From positions 288,001 through 352,000 of the forward strand of contig JBMNHS010000001.1 in assembly GCA_050950505.1 (NCBI GenBank): a stretch of DNA of 64,000 nucleotides, in the 5' to 3' direction. A program made the translations under genes and the position numbers. Source of the stretch: Candidatus Methanomethylophilaceae archaeon (lineage in GTDB: Archaea > Thermoplasmatota > Thermoplasmata > Methanomassiliicoccales > Methanomethylophilaceae). Below the pieces are notes generated by a model. That model did not search any database. It was not told where the DNA came from and saw only the letters and a list, made by a program, of their open reading frames with translations. Below are positions 50,989-60,242 of this stretch, in pieces. The first letter of the stretch is position 1. The number at the start of each line of letters is the position of its first letter.

Positions 50989-51621
50989 TCATTCGTCGTC
51001 GAAATCCATGACGGAGTATTGTTTCTTGCGGATCTTTCCGTAAACTCTCGTTATGTCTCCCGCTTCGGCGGAACCGCGGCGCAAGAGATTTCTTTTCGTT
51101 TTGATCGCGTGAACGAAACAGTCGAAATCGTCAAAAGGAACCGTCATCCCCACTGCGAAAATATCTTCGGGTTCCGCTTCCACAGAGGCAGAAACGGTTC
51201 TGTAATTGTCATTGACCGAGAATTTGACCCGGATCACTCCGAACTGTTTGACCCAAAGGGATTCTATGTCCGTGGCCTGGGCCCTTTTTGCGGATTTTCC
51301 GAATCCGGTTTCGATTTTTGTGACCCGGACCCGTTCTCCGCTTTCAAGATAAAAATCATCTCCCAGCTCGACTATGTCGTTGCTCATAAGCCGGGTTTCG
51401 GTAACGACGGTTTCATCATCGTCGCTGTACAGCACTTTGACTGTGATTTCTTCCGGGAGGCGTATGGTGGTCGAGGATACGGTTCCGCATTCGGTACATC
51501 TGAAGGTACCGGAGACCGAGGCCTTGCCGAACCTTCCTTTCAGTATCTCATGCTCGGTGAAGTCGTCGCATTCCCCGCATTCAAAAATTATTACGTCCGG
51601 AAGTTCTTCGTTGATTGTCAT
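50989..51621 (-). CDS. HVO_0476-like archaeal zinc-finger protein
   Basis: CGEC...H.ILK...CTECG, I..LW.K and a duplicated beta domain. Confidence 0.8.
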   Translation of the reverse strand: MTINEELPDVIIFECGECDDFTEHEILKGRFGKASVSGTFRCTECGTVSSTTIRLPEEITVKVLYSDDDETVVTETRLMSNDIVELGDDFYLESGERVRVTKIETGFGKSAKRAQATDIESLWVKQFGVIRVKFSVNDNYRTVSASVEAEPEDIFAVGMTVPFDDFDCFVHAIKTKRNLLRRGSAEAGDITRVYGKIRKKQYSVMDFDDE

Positions 51622-51625
51622 GGTT

Positions 51626-52204
51626 TCATATACGGGTCGGAAACGGGAGCCCGTGTCCCGGTATTATCACGTCCGCGTATCTTCTTATCTTCTTAATACT
51701 TTCTAAGGCCAATCCTTCATCGTAGTTTGATGCCGGCGGGACCATTTTCACGAAATTGTTTTTTGTGGGTATTGCGTCTCCGGCTATCGCATATCTGAGT
51801 TCGGCATCCACAAACACGCTCATGGACCCTCTTGTATGGCCGGGGGTGTGAACCAGCAGCACATCGGGTTCCAATCTGTGCTCTTCGCCTTTCACGCGGA
51901 CGGCGCCGGGAATGTCGATTTCCTCGTCGTCGTGAATGTAAACTTCGGCTTTGGGAAACCTGCCGAGATTTTCGGTATGGTCTCTGTGGGCATGGGTGAG
52001 AATGACGGTGTCCACGTCCGCCGGGCGTATCTTCAGTTGCACAAATGACGTTCTTACCATGGGCCAAAGGTATTCGGTGCTCGGATCGACAAGAATTATC
52101 CTGTTCTTCGTGCGGACAAGGGCGGAGGTTGAATCTGCTTTGGTTACTTTTCCTTCTTCGTTTCTTTCGAGGATACCGATGGCCATGATGTCAAGCACCG
52201 TCAT
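51626..52204 (-). CDS. Metallo-beta-lactamase fold hydrolase
   Basis: THAHRDH, TPGHT.G, GDA and IPGH; start placed at ATG 52204. Confidence 0.9.
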   Translation of the reverse strand: MTVLDIMAIGILERNEEGKVTKADSTSALVRTKNRIILVDPSTEYLWPMVRTSFVQLKIRPADVDTVILTHAHRDHTENLGRFPKAEVYIHDDEEIDIPGAVRVKGEEHRLEPDVLLVHTPGHTRGSMSVFVDAELRYAIAGDAIPTKNNFVKMVPPASNYDEGLALESIKKIRRYADVIIPGHGLPFPTRI

Positions 52205-52278
52205 GGTTTTGTATCCCCGACCGAGGATTATACGTTTTCCGTTTGCTTTATCATCGGTATCCGCCATGTATGGCGCAC

Positions 52279-52854
52279 ATGGAATACGACCCGGATATTC
52301 TGATTGACGAATCTCCCGATGTGTATCCCCCGTCGGAAGACAGCCTGTTGCTCATCAGAAGTTTTGACGTGACTCCCGGCGAAAAAGTTTTGGAACTGGG
52401 TTGCGGCTCCGGAATCGTCTCTTTGCATTGTGCGAAGGCCGGCGCCGTCGTCACGGCGGGAGATCTCAATCCTTCCGCGGTAAGGCTGACAAAAAAGAAC
52501 GGGGAGAAAAACAATCTGAACGTAAACGTTGTTCTTACGGACGTCTACGATTCCGTTGACGGAAAATTTGACACCGTGGTGTTCAATCTTCCTTATCTTC
52601 CCGTTGATGACGACCTTCCCCTGGCCGAAGCCTGGTCCGGCGGAGAGGACGGGTTGGGACCGTTGCCGAGAGTCCTGGAGGGCATTCATGACCGCGGCAA
52701 CGACGGATGGAGAATCGTCGTTGTGGTGTCTTCTCTCATGGACGAGGAGAGACTGGACTCTCTGCTGGCACCTTATCGCGTGACCGTATTGGGAGAGCTC
52801 CCGCTGTTCTTCGAAAAATTAAGGGTTTTGCAGATTTCAGCCGACGATCTTTGA
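52279..52854 (+). CDS. HemK2/Mtq2 family protein methyltransferase
   Basis: VYPPSEDS.LL, ELGCGSG, FNLPY (NPPY-like) and WSGG.DG. Confidence 0.9.
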   Translation: MEYDPDILIDESPDVYPPSEDSLLLIRSFDVTPGEKVLELGCGSGIVSLHCAKAGAVVTAGDLNPSAVRLTKKNGEKNNLNVNVVLTDVYDSVDGKFDTVVFNLPYLPVDDDLPLAEAWSGGEDGLGPLPRVLEGIHDRGNDGWRIVVVVSSLMDEERLDSLLAPYRVTVLGELPLFFEKLRVLQISADDL

Positions 52855-54705
52855 AATTTCTTCGATCAAAAGCCTGTTCGCTTCCTTTCCGTCGACTTTT
52901 CCCCTTAAGGCTCCCATCACGGGCCCCATAAGCGGTCCGATGGCCGCCATGCCCCGCTCACGGACGAAGTCTTCACGTTCTTTAACGATGGATGCGATGA
53001 TGTCCGCGGCCTCCGAACTGTCCATGGAAACAAGACCCAGTTTCTCAGGGGCTTCGGAAGGTTCGGTGCCCTTCGCGACTTCCCTCATGATTTCCGGCAA
53101 CGCTTCTTTGGCAAACCGGTTTTCGGACAGCATTCCGAATATCGCCGTCATGGACTCATCGGTTATTTCCGAAACGGGGATGCCTTCGCGCTCCAGTTCG
53201 TTGTAAGTGTTGGTAAGTGCGGCGGCGATGTTCTGAGACAGTTCTCTGTACTCGCCGGCAAGACTCTCAAACAAATCGTTGTTGTCTTCCCTTATCAGCT
53301 GACGCGCCTGCTGTTCGTTGATTCCGTACTGCGCAATCAGTCTTTTCTCGATTTCTTCGGGAAATTCCGGCATCGATTTTTTTATCGCGGCAAGTTTCTC
53401 TTCGGATACGGCTGTGGGCGGCACGTCGGTTTCGGGATACATCCTTGCCGCTCCGGGCAACGGCCGTGAATATTTGGATTTGCCTTCGGGCAACGGATCT
53501 CTGGTTTCTTCGGGAACGCCTACAAGAGCCGCGTTGGCGCGTTGGGCGGCGGCTTCGATGGCGGCAACGGCCGTTCTGCGATGTGCCGCGCATATCGCGA
53601 AAGCATCCTGTTCTCCGGTCATACCCAGATGTTGTTTCAACGCGTCCACGTACTCCTGCTCTATGCCGTAATTCGGCAGTTCGTCGGAATGGAATATTCC
53701 CCTTACTCCGTGAATCATGGCATATTGGGCCATTTCTGAACCCAGTCTGAGTTTTCCGTTGTCGCCGTTCAGCAGACCGGCGAAACCCGGGAGTCTGATC
53801 GCCATGATTGCGCCTTTGCTTTTGAGGGCGGTGGAAATGATCTTGGAAGGACAGTCTTTGAAAATTTCGGTGACGTCCGCAGATTCGGTAGAAACAGGTT
53901 TCACGTTCCTGTTTTTGAGTGTATCCTTGATTTTCAGAAGCATTTTCTGCCTGTTGACTTCGTTTCTTACGAAATCCGGAAGCAGTCTCAGTTCCTGAAC
54001 CCCTTTGATTTCAATCCTCGCCCCTCCGGGAATTGAAATGTTCAGATCTTCCCTGATGGTCCCTATCCCTCTTTTGACCATTTTTGTGGCACGCAGAAGG
54101 GAACCGAGACGCATCGCAACTTCCATTACTTCCTCGGGGGTCCTCATATCCGGACCGGTGGCCACCTCTATCAGGGGGAAACCCAGACGGTCCAATCTGT
54201 ATGTGACTTCGTTTCCGCGGGTCTCTATTTTCCTTGCCGCGTCCTCTTCGAGACATACGGAAAGAATGGATATTTTTCTGCCGTTGACATCAACTTCCCC
54301 GCCGGTGGATATGAGAGAAGATCTCTGGTACCCTCCGGAGTTTGAACCGTCAATGACGATTTTTCTCATGGTGTGAATTTCGTCGACTATATCGGCTCCC
54401 AACATCGCGGAGTAAGTCAAAGCGGTATCCAATGCCTCTTTGTTCAGGGCACCGGGCGGTTCCTCGTCCAATTCCACCAAGCAGGAGGAATCGCAGCACT
54501 GATATCTGAAACTCATGTGTCTTTCGTACTGTGCCAGCGCGGCACGGTCCACTTCGCCGGTTTCGCTTACGGTGGGTCTGAGTTTCCTGAAATAATCACC
54601 GTGACCTTCATCATGGAGAGTCGTGTCGCAGGAACAGTACAGCTTCTTCGTGTCCAGCTGCTGATGGATTTCTATCCCGCACATCATTTCGTAATCTTCC
54701 ATCAT
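52837..54705 (-). CDS. gatE: Glu-tRNA(Gln) amidotransferase subunit E
   Basis: GIEIHQQL, MRKIVIDGSN, LEEDAAR, LDRLG and PGAARMYPETD. Confidence 0.97.
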   Translation of the reverse strand: MMEDYEMMCGIEIHQQLDTKKLYCSCDTTLHDEGHGDYFRKLRPTVSETGEVDRAALAQYERHMSFRYQCCDSSCLVELDEEPPGALNKEALDTALTYSAMLGADIVDEIHTMRKIVIDGSNSGGYQRSSLISTGGEVDVNGRKISILSVCLEEDAARKIETRGNEVTYRLDRLGFPLIEVATGPDMRTPEEVMEVAMRLGSLLRATKMVKRGIGTIREDLNISIPGGARIEIKGVQELRLLPDFVRNEVNRQKMLLKIKDTLKNRNVKPVSTESADVTEIFKDCPSKIISTALKSKGAIMAIRLPGFAGLLNGDNGKLRLGSEMAQYAMIHGVRGIFHSDELPNYGIEQEYVDALKQHLGMTGEQDAFAICAAHRRTAVAAIEAAAQRANAALVGVPEETRDPLPEGKSKYSRPLPGAARMYPETDVPPTAVSEEKLAAIKKSMPEFPEEIEKRLIAQYGINEQQARQLIREDNNDLFESLAGEYRELSQNIAAALTNTYNELEREGIPVSEITDESMTAIFGMLSENRFAKEALPEIMREVAKGTEPSEAPEKLGLVSMDSSEAADIIASIVKEREDFVRERGMAAIGPLMGPVMGALRGKVDGKEANRLLIEEISKIVG

Positions 54706-55991
54706 AACATCCTCCTGTTTCCGATTTCACCGGCTATCGGAGTGATCATGAGTTCCCGAATATCTCTGTCTTTGCGGTTGGCCAACAGCCACATCAACTT
54801 GACGTAAGCCGTTTCCGGCAGCATGTCCCCTGCGGGAATCGCGCCTGCGGCCAGGATTTCCCGCCCTGTGTCGTAAACGTTGAGGTTAACGGTGCCTTCC
54901 AGACACTGGGTGGTCATAACCACGGGTATGCCGGCCTCCGTTGCTTTTCGGATCAGGGGAACCATCTCTTCCGTAACGTGTCCCAGTCCGGTTCCCGCCA
55001 GCACAACGCCTTTGCTTTTCATGATCACGCTTTCGAAAACTTCCGGCCTCATTCCGGGGAAACAGTGAAGCAGCACACAGTTCTCTTCCATTTCCGTATT
55101 GATTCCGACTTTTCCGTCCGAAACGGGTTTTCCGTCGGTCAGATGTTTGACTTTTCCGTCCCCGCCGATGTGTGCCGCGGGTGAAACGTTCATGCTGCGG
55201 AAAGCGTCACGGCGGGAAGAATGCATCTTCCTCACTCTGGTTCCGAGGTGTATTGCAAAAGAATCGTCTTCAATGGTTCCGTGCATTGCCACGAACACTC
55301 CCGCCCGGTTTCCCTTCGCACAGAATTCGGCGGCGGCAATCAGATTTCCCACCGCATCGGTGGACGGCCGGTCGGCGGATCTCTGGGCCCCGACCAACAC
55401 CACGGGTTTGGAAAGATCCGTCAGCATAAAGGACAGTGCGGCCGCGGTGTAACCCAGGGTGTCGGTGCCGTGGGCAATGATTGCTCCGTCCGCCCCGCCG
55501 TTCAGTTCTTCGGCGACGGCAACGGCAATTTCCTTCCAATGCTTCGCGTTCATGTTGTCGGAATACATGGAAAAAACAGACCTGGCATTAATGTTGGCCA
55601 CATCCCTTATCTCGGGAACAAGATCCAATATCTCATCCCCGGACATTGCAGGTTCGACCCGTCCGGTACGGTAGTTTATTCTGGAAGCTATGGTTCCTCC
55701 CGTGCCGACCAACGTCAGATTCTTCAGACCTTTCTTAGGAGGCACAGCTTCGGTTTCGGTTTTCGTCTTTACGGGTTTCTCAAGAACTTTAATGATTGTG
55801 TCGGACCGTATTCTTACGCCGATGTTGTAACCGCTGTCAAGTTTCAGCACCAATGTGTCGGAATCGCCGGTGCCGTGACGGGGCATCAAAAGTCCCGCGT
55901 ACTCACGGTCCCCGGTCTTTACGGAGACTTTGCATCCCTCTGCGGCATCCGCGGATGCCAGAAGTTTGGATAATGATTCGGAATAGCTCAT
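54702..55991 (-). CDS. gatD: Glu-tRNA(Gln) amidotransferase subunit D
   Basis: TGGTIAS, HGTDT, GAQRS.DRPS, RKMHSSRRDAF and GTGLGH. Confidence 0.96.
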   Translation of the reverse strand: MSYSESLSKLLASADAAEGCKVSVKTGDREYAGLLMPRHGTGDSDTLVLKLDSGYNIGVRIRSDTIIKVLEKPVKTKTETEAVPPKKGLKNLTLVGTGGTIASRINYRTGRVEPAMSGDEILDLVPEIRDVANINARSVFSMYSDNMNAKHWKEIAVAVAEELNGGADGAIIAHGTDTLGYTAAALSFMLTDLSKPVVLVGAQRSADRPSTDAVGNLIAAAEFCAKGNRAGVFVAMHGTIEDDSFAIHLGTRVRKMHSSRRDAFRSMNVSPAAHIGGDGKVKHLTDGKPVSDGKVGINTEMEENCVLLHCFPGMRPEVFESVIMKSKGVVLAGTGLGHVTEEMVPLIRKATEAGIPVVMTTQCLEGTVNLNVYDTGREILAAGAIPAGDMLPETAYVKLMWLLANRKDRDIRELMITPIAGEIGNRRML

Positions 55992-56079
55992 TTGAACAAC
56001 CCCCCATCTGACTTCGTATTTATGATTATTTCCGCTTTTCCGCGGTTAGTATTATTACAGGAAATGATGTTCACGTTTC

Positions 56080-56730
56080 ATGCACTTCATACAGGTGGGC
56101 ATGGAATTCGACATTCTGAAAGAAAATTCCAAATTGGCCCATAAGAATTACCGTCTGCTGAAAGAACACGGTATCAAATCCGTGGACTTCATGGGATCCA
56201 TAGGCGCGGGCAAAACCTCCCTGATAATCAGATTGGCCGAAAAGCTCAGGGACAGAGGCGTTCGGGTTCTGGCTATAGCCGGGGATGTCGTCGGTGACGA
56301 TGACTTCGCCAGAATGAAGGCTTCCGGAATGGATGTCATCAACTGCAACACCGGCAACGAATGCCATTTGGATTCCAATCTCATTGCGAAGGCTTTGGAC
56401 AAAGTGGATCTGAAAAACTACGACGTATTGTTCATAGAAAACGTCGGAAACCTTGTCTGTCCCGCGGATTTCCCCCTGGGAACGGATTACAGGGTTGCGG
56501 TCATATCCACCACCGAAGGTGACGACATGGTGAGAAAACATCACAGCATCTTCATCCATTCGGATATTGCCATCCTCAACAAAATGGACATCGCCGACGC
56601 GGTGGGGGTGAATCCCGACATCATCGCCGGAGATTACAGCAAGCTCACGGGCGGTCTGAAAGAGATATACAAATGCAGCGTGAGAACCGACGAAGGCGTT
56701 GACGGAATACTGAACGCCCTGAAACTCTGA
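56080..56730 (+). CDS. hypB: Hydrogenase nickel-insertion GTPase HypB
   Basis: GSIGAGKT, CHL, ENVGNLVCPA, EGDD and NKMD. Confidence 0.96.
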   Translation: MHFIQVGMEFDILKENSKLAHKNYRLLKEHGIKSVDFMGSIGAGKTSLIIRLAEKLRDRGVRVLAIAGDVVGDDDFARMKASGMDVINCNTGNECHLDSNLIAKALDKVDLKNYDVLFIENVGNLVCPADFPLGTDYRVAVISTTEGDDMVRKHHSIFIHSDIAILNKMDIADAVGVNPDIIAGDYSKLTGGLKEIYKCSVRTDEGVDGILNALKL

Positions 56731-56740
56731 GGGTGTTTCG

Positions 56741-58066
56741 ATGAAAGTTCTCACGATAGGCGGCGGCGGAAGGGAATGCGCCGCCGTGGAAGCGTTCCGC
56801 AGAGCCGGGTCCGAAGTGTATGCCGTGATGAAGAACGGCAATCCCGGAATCATACGGATGGCGAAAGATTTCATTTATACCGACGAAGGGAATCTGGAAA
56901 GAATCGTCGGTTATGCGAAGGAAAAGGGAGTGGAATTGGCCTTTGTCGGTCCCGAAGCCCCTTTGGAAATGGGAATCGTCGATGCGTTGGAAGAAGCGGG
57001 AATACCCTGCGCCTCCCCCACCAAAGCCGCAGCCAGAATTGAAACGTCAAAATCCTTCATGAGGGATTTGGTGCACAGATACGGCGTGGACGGCAATCTC
57101 GGATACGCCGCTTTCGACAGTGCCGAAGGCATTGAGGAGTATCTCGGAACCCTTGATTACGAAGTCGTCGTGAAACCCATCGGGCTGACCGGCGGAAAGG
57201 GCGTCAAAGTCGAAGGGGAACATCTGCATTCGATGAAGGACATAATGGAATACGTCCATGAGATTTTCAATCAGAACATCGGCAAAGCCGGAGTCATCAT
57301 AGAAGAAAAAGCCGTCGGGGAAGAGTTCACGCAGATGGTGTTCTGTGACGGCAAAACCATCGCTCCGATGCCCATGGTACAGGATCACAAAAGAGCCTAC
57401 GAAGGAGACGTGGGGCCCAACACCGGAGGAATGGGCTCTTACTCCGACGCGAATCACCTGTTGCCTTTCGCAAACGGGAAGGACCGGGAAGACTCTTTGG
57501 ACATTCTCAGACAAATCGTCAAGGCCATGTCCGATGACGGCTGCCCCTATCACGGTGTGATGTACGGTCAGTTCATGCTTACCAAAAACGGTCCGAAGAT
57601 AATCGAAATCAATGCCAGGTTCGGAGATCCGGAAGCGATGAACGTGCTTCCCATTCTCGAAGACAATTTTGAAAAAATCTGCAACGACATGGCTCACGGA
57701 ACACTGTCCGAAAAAGTGAAGTTCGCCAACAAAGCCACGGTATGCAAATACGTGGTGCCCAAAGGATACGGTACTTCTCCGGAGGCCGGACATGAAATCA
57801 GGGTCAACGAAGAAGGCATCCGGGAAGCGGGCTCCGTGATGTACTACGCAAACGTGGACATCGTGAACCGCAAAGTCGTCACCGGAACCTCTCGTTCCAT
57901 CGGAATGGTCGGTATCGACGACACATTGGAAAAAGCGGATTGGAACTGTGAATCCGCGCTGAAATACGTAGTGAGCGACGGGGTCACCGTAAGACATGAC
58001 ATCGGTACCCGCAAACTCATTCAGCGCAGAATCGACCATATGAAAGAGATCCGCGGAGATGACTGA
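56741..58066 (+). CDS. purD: Phosphoribosylamine-glycine ligase
   Basis: GGGGRE, GPEAPL, GKGV, QDHKR...GPNTGGMG and NARFGDPE. Confidence 0.97.
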   Translation: MKVLTIGGGGRECAAVEAFRRAGSEVYAVMKNGNPGIIRMAKDFIYTDEGNLERIVGYAKEKGVELAFVGPEAPLEMGIVDALEEAGIPCASPTKAAARIETSKSFMRDLVHRYGVDGNLGYAAFDSAEGIEEYLGTLDYEVVVKPIGLTGGKGVKVEGEHLHSMKDIMEYVHEIFNQNIGKAGVIIEEKAVGEEFTQMVFCDGKTIAPMPMVQDHKRAYEGDVGPNTGGMGSYSDANHLLPFANGKDREDSLDILRQIVKAMSDDGCPYHGVMYGQFMLTKNGPKIIEINARFGDPEAMNVLPILEDNFEKICNDMAHGTLSEKVKFANKATVCKYVVPKGYGTSPEAGHEIRVNEEGIREAGSVMYYANVDIVNRKVVTGTSRSIGMVGIDDTLEKADWNCESALKYVVSDGVTVRHDIGTRKLIQRRIDHMKEIRGDD

Positions 58067-58835
58067 TCTTGCCGTAAAAATCGCCTACATCGGCGAAGGT
58101 TTCCACGGATCCCAGAGACAGCCGGGACTGAGAACGGTGGAGAGTGAGATTCTGAGAAATCTCGTTACCGTTTACGGCACCGACGATATCGAATTCTCAC
58201 TGAAACTGGCCAGCCGGACCGACAGAGGGGTCAATGCCCTGGGAAACGTGGCCGTGTTCGACGCCGGCGACAGGGACCCCGACGGTCTTCTGAAGGCACT
58301 CAACGGAATCTCCAGAGGGGTTTTCTACCGTTCGCACGCTTATGTGCCGGAAGATTTCAAACCCCGGTACGCACACCGGAGGTACTACCGTTACATCATG
58401 CCTGCCGAAGGTGTAGACATAAAACGTGCGAAAAAATGCGCTTCTTTGTTTTTGGGGGAACATGATTTCTCCCGTTTCTGCAAATACGACGGAAAGCCGA
58501 CCATGAACAACATCGTGTCTTCCGACATAAGAATCGAAGAAGATTTTCTGATTTACGACTGCGGCGCAAGATTCTTCCTGTGGCAACAGGTAAGACGGAT
58601 GGCTTCCGCGATTGCGGAAGTGGGCCTGAACCGCGCGGATTACGACGATGTTACAAGAGCGTTGAACGGAGAAGACATCCATCTGGGAACGCTGAGGGGG
58701 GACGGATTGACCCTGATGGACGTCGAATACATGAATGTGGAATTTACGAAGCCTGTCAAAACCATGTACGAACGCAAAACCGGTGAGGAATCGTACAGAA
58801 ACAAAGTCCGGAGTCTGTTTTTCGCTTCCCTTTAA
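58059..58835 (+). CDS. truA: tRNA pseudouridine(38-40) synthase
   Basis: GSQRQP, ASRTDRGV, G.HDFS.F and FLWQQVR. Confidence 0.94.
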   Translation: MTDLAVKIAYIGEGFHGSQRQPGLRTVESEILRNLVTVYGTDDIEFSLKLASRTDRGVNALGNVAVFDAGDRDPDGLLKALNGISRGVFYRSHAYVPEDFKPRYAHRRYYRYIMPAEGVDIKRAKKCASLFLGEHDFSRFCKYDGKPTMNNIVSSDIRIEEDFLIYDCGARFFLWQQVRRMASAIAEVGLNRADYDDVTRALNGEDIHLGTLRGDGLTLMDVEYMNVEFTKPVKTMYERKTGEESYRNKVRSLFFASL

Positions 58836-58857
58836 ACCTGTGATGCGATACGCAGGC

Positions 58858-59442
58858 ATGGAAAAGCTTGAGGAAACCGTCGCGGCGGTCGCCGACAGAT
58901 TTGCCGAGGCCGAAGAGAACCGGGAAATGGCCATACGCCTGTCCCGCAAAATTGTGAGAAGTTCCAAAAAAGTCATTCACTCCATCCACGAAGGCGGAGC
59001 CGACGCGGAGGAAATAAAAGAAATGGAAAAGTCCGTGAGGGAACTCGCCTCCGAGATGGAAAAGGATCCCTCCCTCGCTTATGCCGGACCCGCTTCCGAC
59101 GCGCTGTCTGAATACGCCGAAGCCGTGATTCTCAGGGACTTGTTGGCAGAGAACAGAATACCTTCTTTCGAGGACCTGTCGATAGACGAACGTTCGTGGG
59201 TTTTGGGTTTGGCCGACGTGGTGGGCGAACTGAGGAGAATCGTTCTGAAAAAACTCATGGAGGGAAAACTGGACGAAGCTTCTTCGGTATACGGAAACAT
59301 GGAAGAGATCGTTCACAATCTGCTGATGTTCGATGTTCCGGACGCCATTGTTCCCCTGAGAAGAAAACAGGACGTGGCGAGAGGGGTCATGGAAAGAACC
59401 CGTTCCGACATAGCCACCGCTGTGATTATGTCAAAAATATGA
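58858..59442 (+). CDS. Translin/TRAX family protein
   Basis: RE..I..SR.I.R, EYAEA, LGLADVVGELRR and LRRKQD. Confidence 0.88.
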   Translation: MEKLEETVAAVADRFAEAEENREMAIRLSRKIVRSSKKVIHSIHEGGADAEEIKEMEKSVRELASEMEKDPSLAYAGPASDALSEYAEAVILRDLLAENRIPSFEDLSIDERSWVLGLADVVGELRRIVLKKLMEGKLDEASSVYGNMEEIVHNLLMFDVPDAIVPLRRKQDVARGVMERTRSDIATAVIMSKI

Positions 59443-59471
59443 AATTGACGGGGTTTCCCCCGTAAATGAGT

Positions 59472-60242
59472 TTAGCGTCTTCCCTTTGGCTTGCCGTAGT
59501 TCTTAACGGGTTTGCGCATGACGTACACGAACACGATGATCAGAATAATGAACATCAGGCCCATGACTATGGATGCCCATCTGTATTCGTTATGTCCGAT
59601 GTAGAACTCTCCTTCCTCGGTGATTTCGCCGTCTTCCGTTACTAACTGGTAGGTATGTTTTCCGCCGCCCAGGGAATCTGTCACCCATTCGTAAGTGACG
59701 GTCTTCTTACCGTTGGGGGCGATGTCTTTCACAACCTGTTCGCTGTCCCCGATAAGTTCTCCGTCGACCCAGAACGCCACGGTGATTGAACCTTTCACAC
59801 CACTGTCGTTGACGACTTCCGCCTTCAGGGTTATGGGAACCACGACCTTGACCTTGGTTTGACTCATTCCAGTTTTCGGACTGTCCTCATCGTCGGTTTC
59901 GTATTCGACGACCAGTCTGTACGTTCCCGCATCACTCGGCGCAGTTACGGTAATAGTCTTTACGTTCTCGGAAGATGAGGTTTTCCAAGTGGACGGCGAT
60001 ACCCCTCCGGAGTGCTTGTCTCCGTTGGGTTTCAGAAGATAGGCCGTGAAGTTTACTTCGGCATCGCCCAAATCATTATCGTAGAACACGGATTCGTAAC
60101 GGATCGTACCTCCGGTTTTCACAACGATTTTATCTGCTTCTTCGGGATGGACGTCGAAATACTCCCCGTACGAATCTTCGACGGAAGCCATCACGAACAT
60201 TCCCGAAAGCAGGAACAGAAGCGCCACACCGAGTGCGGGCAT
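59472..60242 (-). CDS. Secreted, C-terminally anchored Ig/CARDB-like surface protein
   Basis: N-terminal hydrophobic segment, beta-rich body, C-terminal TM helix plus basic tail; TGATG overlap with the upstream stop. Confidence 0.7.
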   Translation of the reverse strand: MPALGVALLFLLSGMFVMASVEDSYGEYFDVHPEEADKIVVKTGGTIRYESVFYDNDLGDAEVNFTAYLLKPNGDKHSGGVSPSTWKTSSSENVKTITVTAPSDAGTYRLVVEYETDDEDSPKTGMSQTKVKVVVPITLKAEVVNDSGVKGSITVAFWVDGELIGDSEQVVKDIAPNGKKTVTYEWVTDSLGGGKHTYQLVTEDGEITEEGEFYIGHNEYRWASIVMGLMFIILIIVFVYVMRKPVKNYGKPKGRR

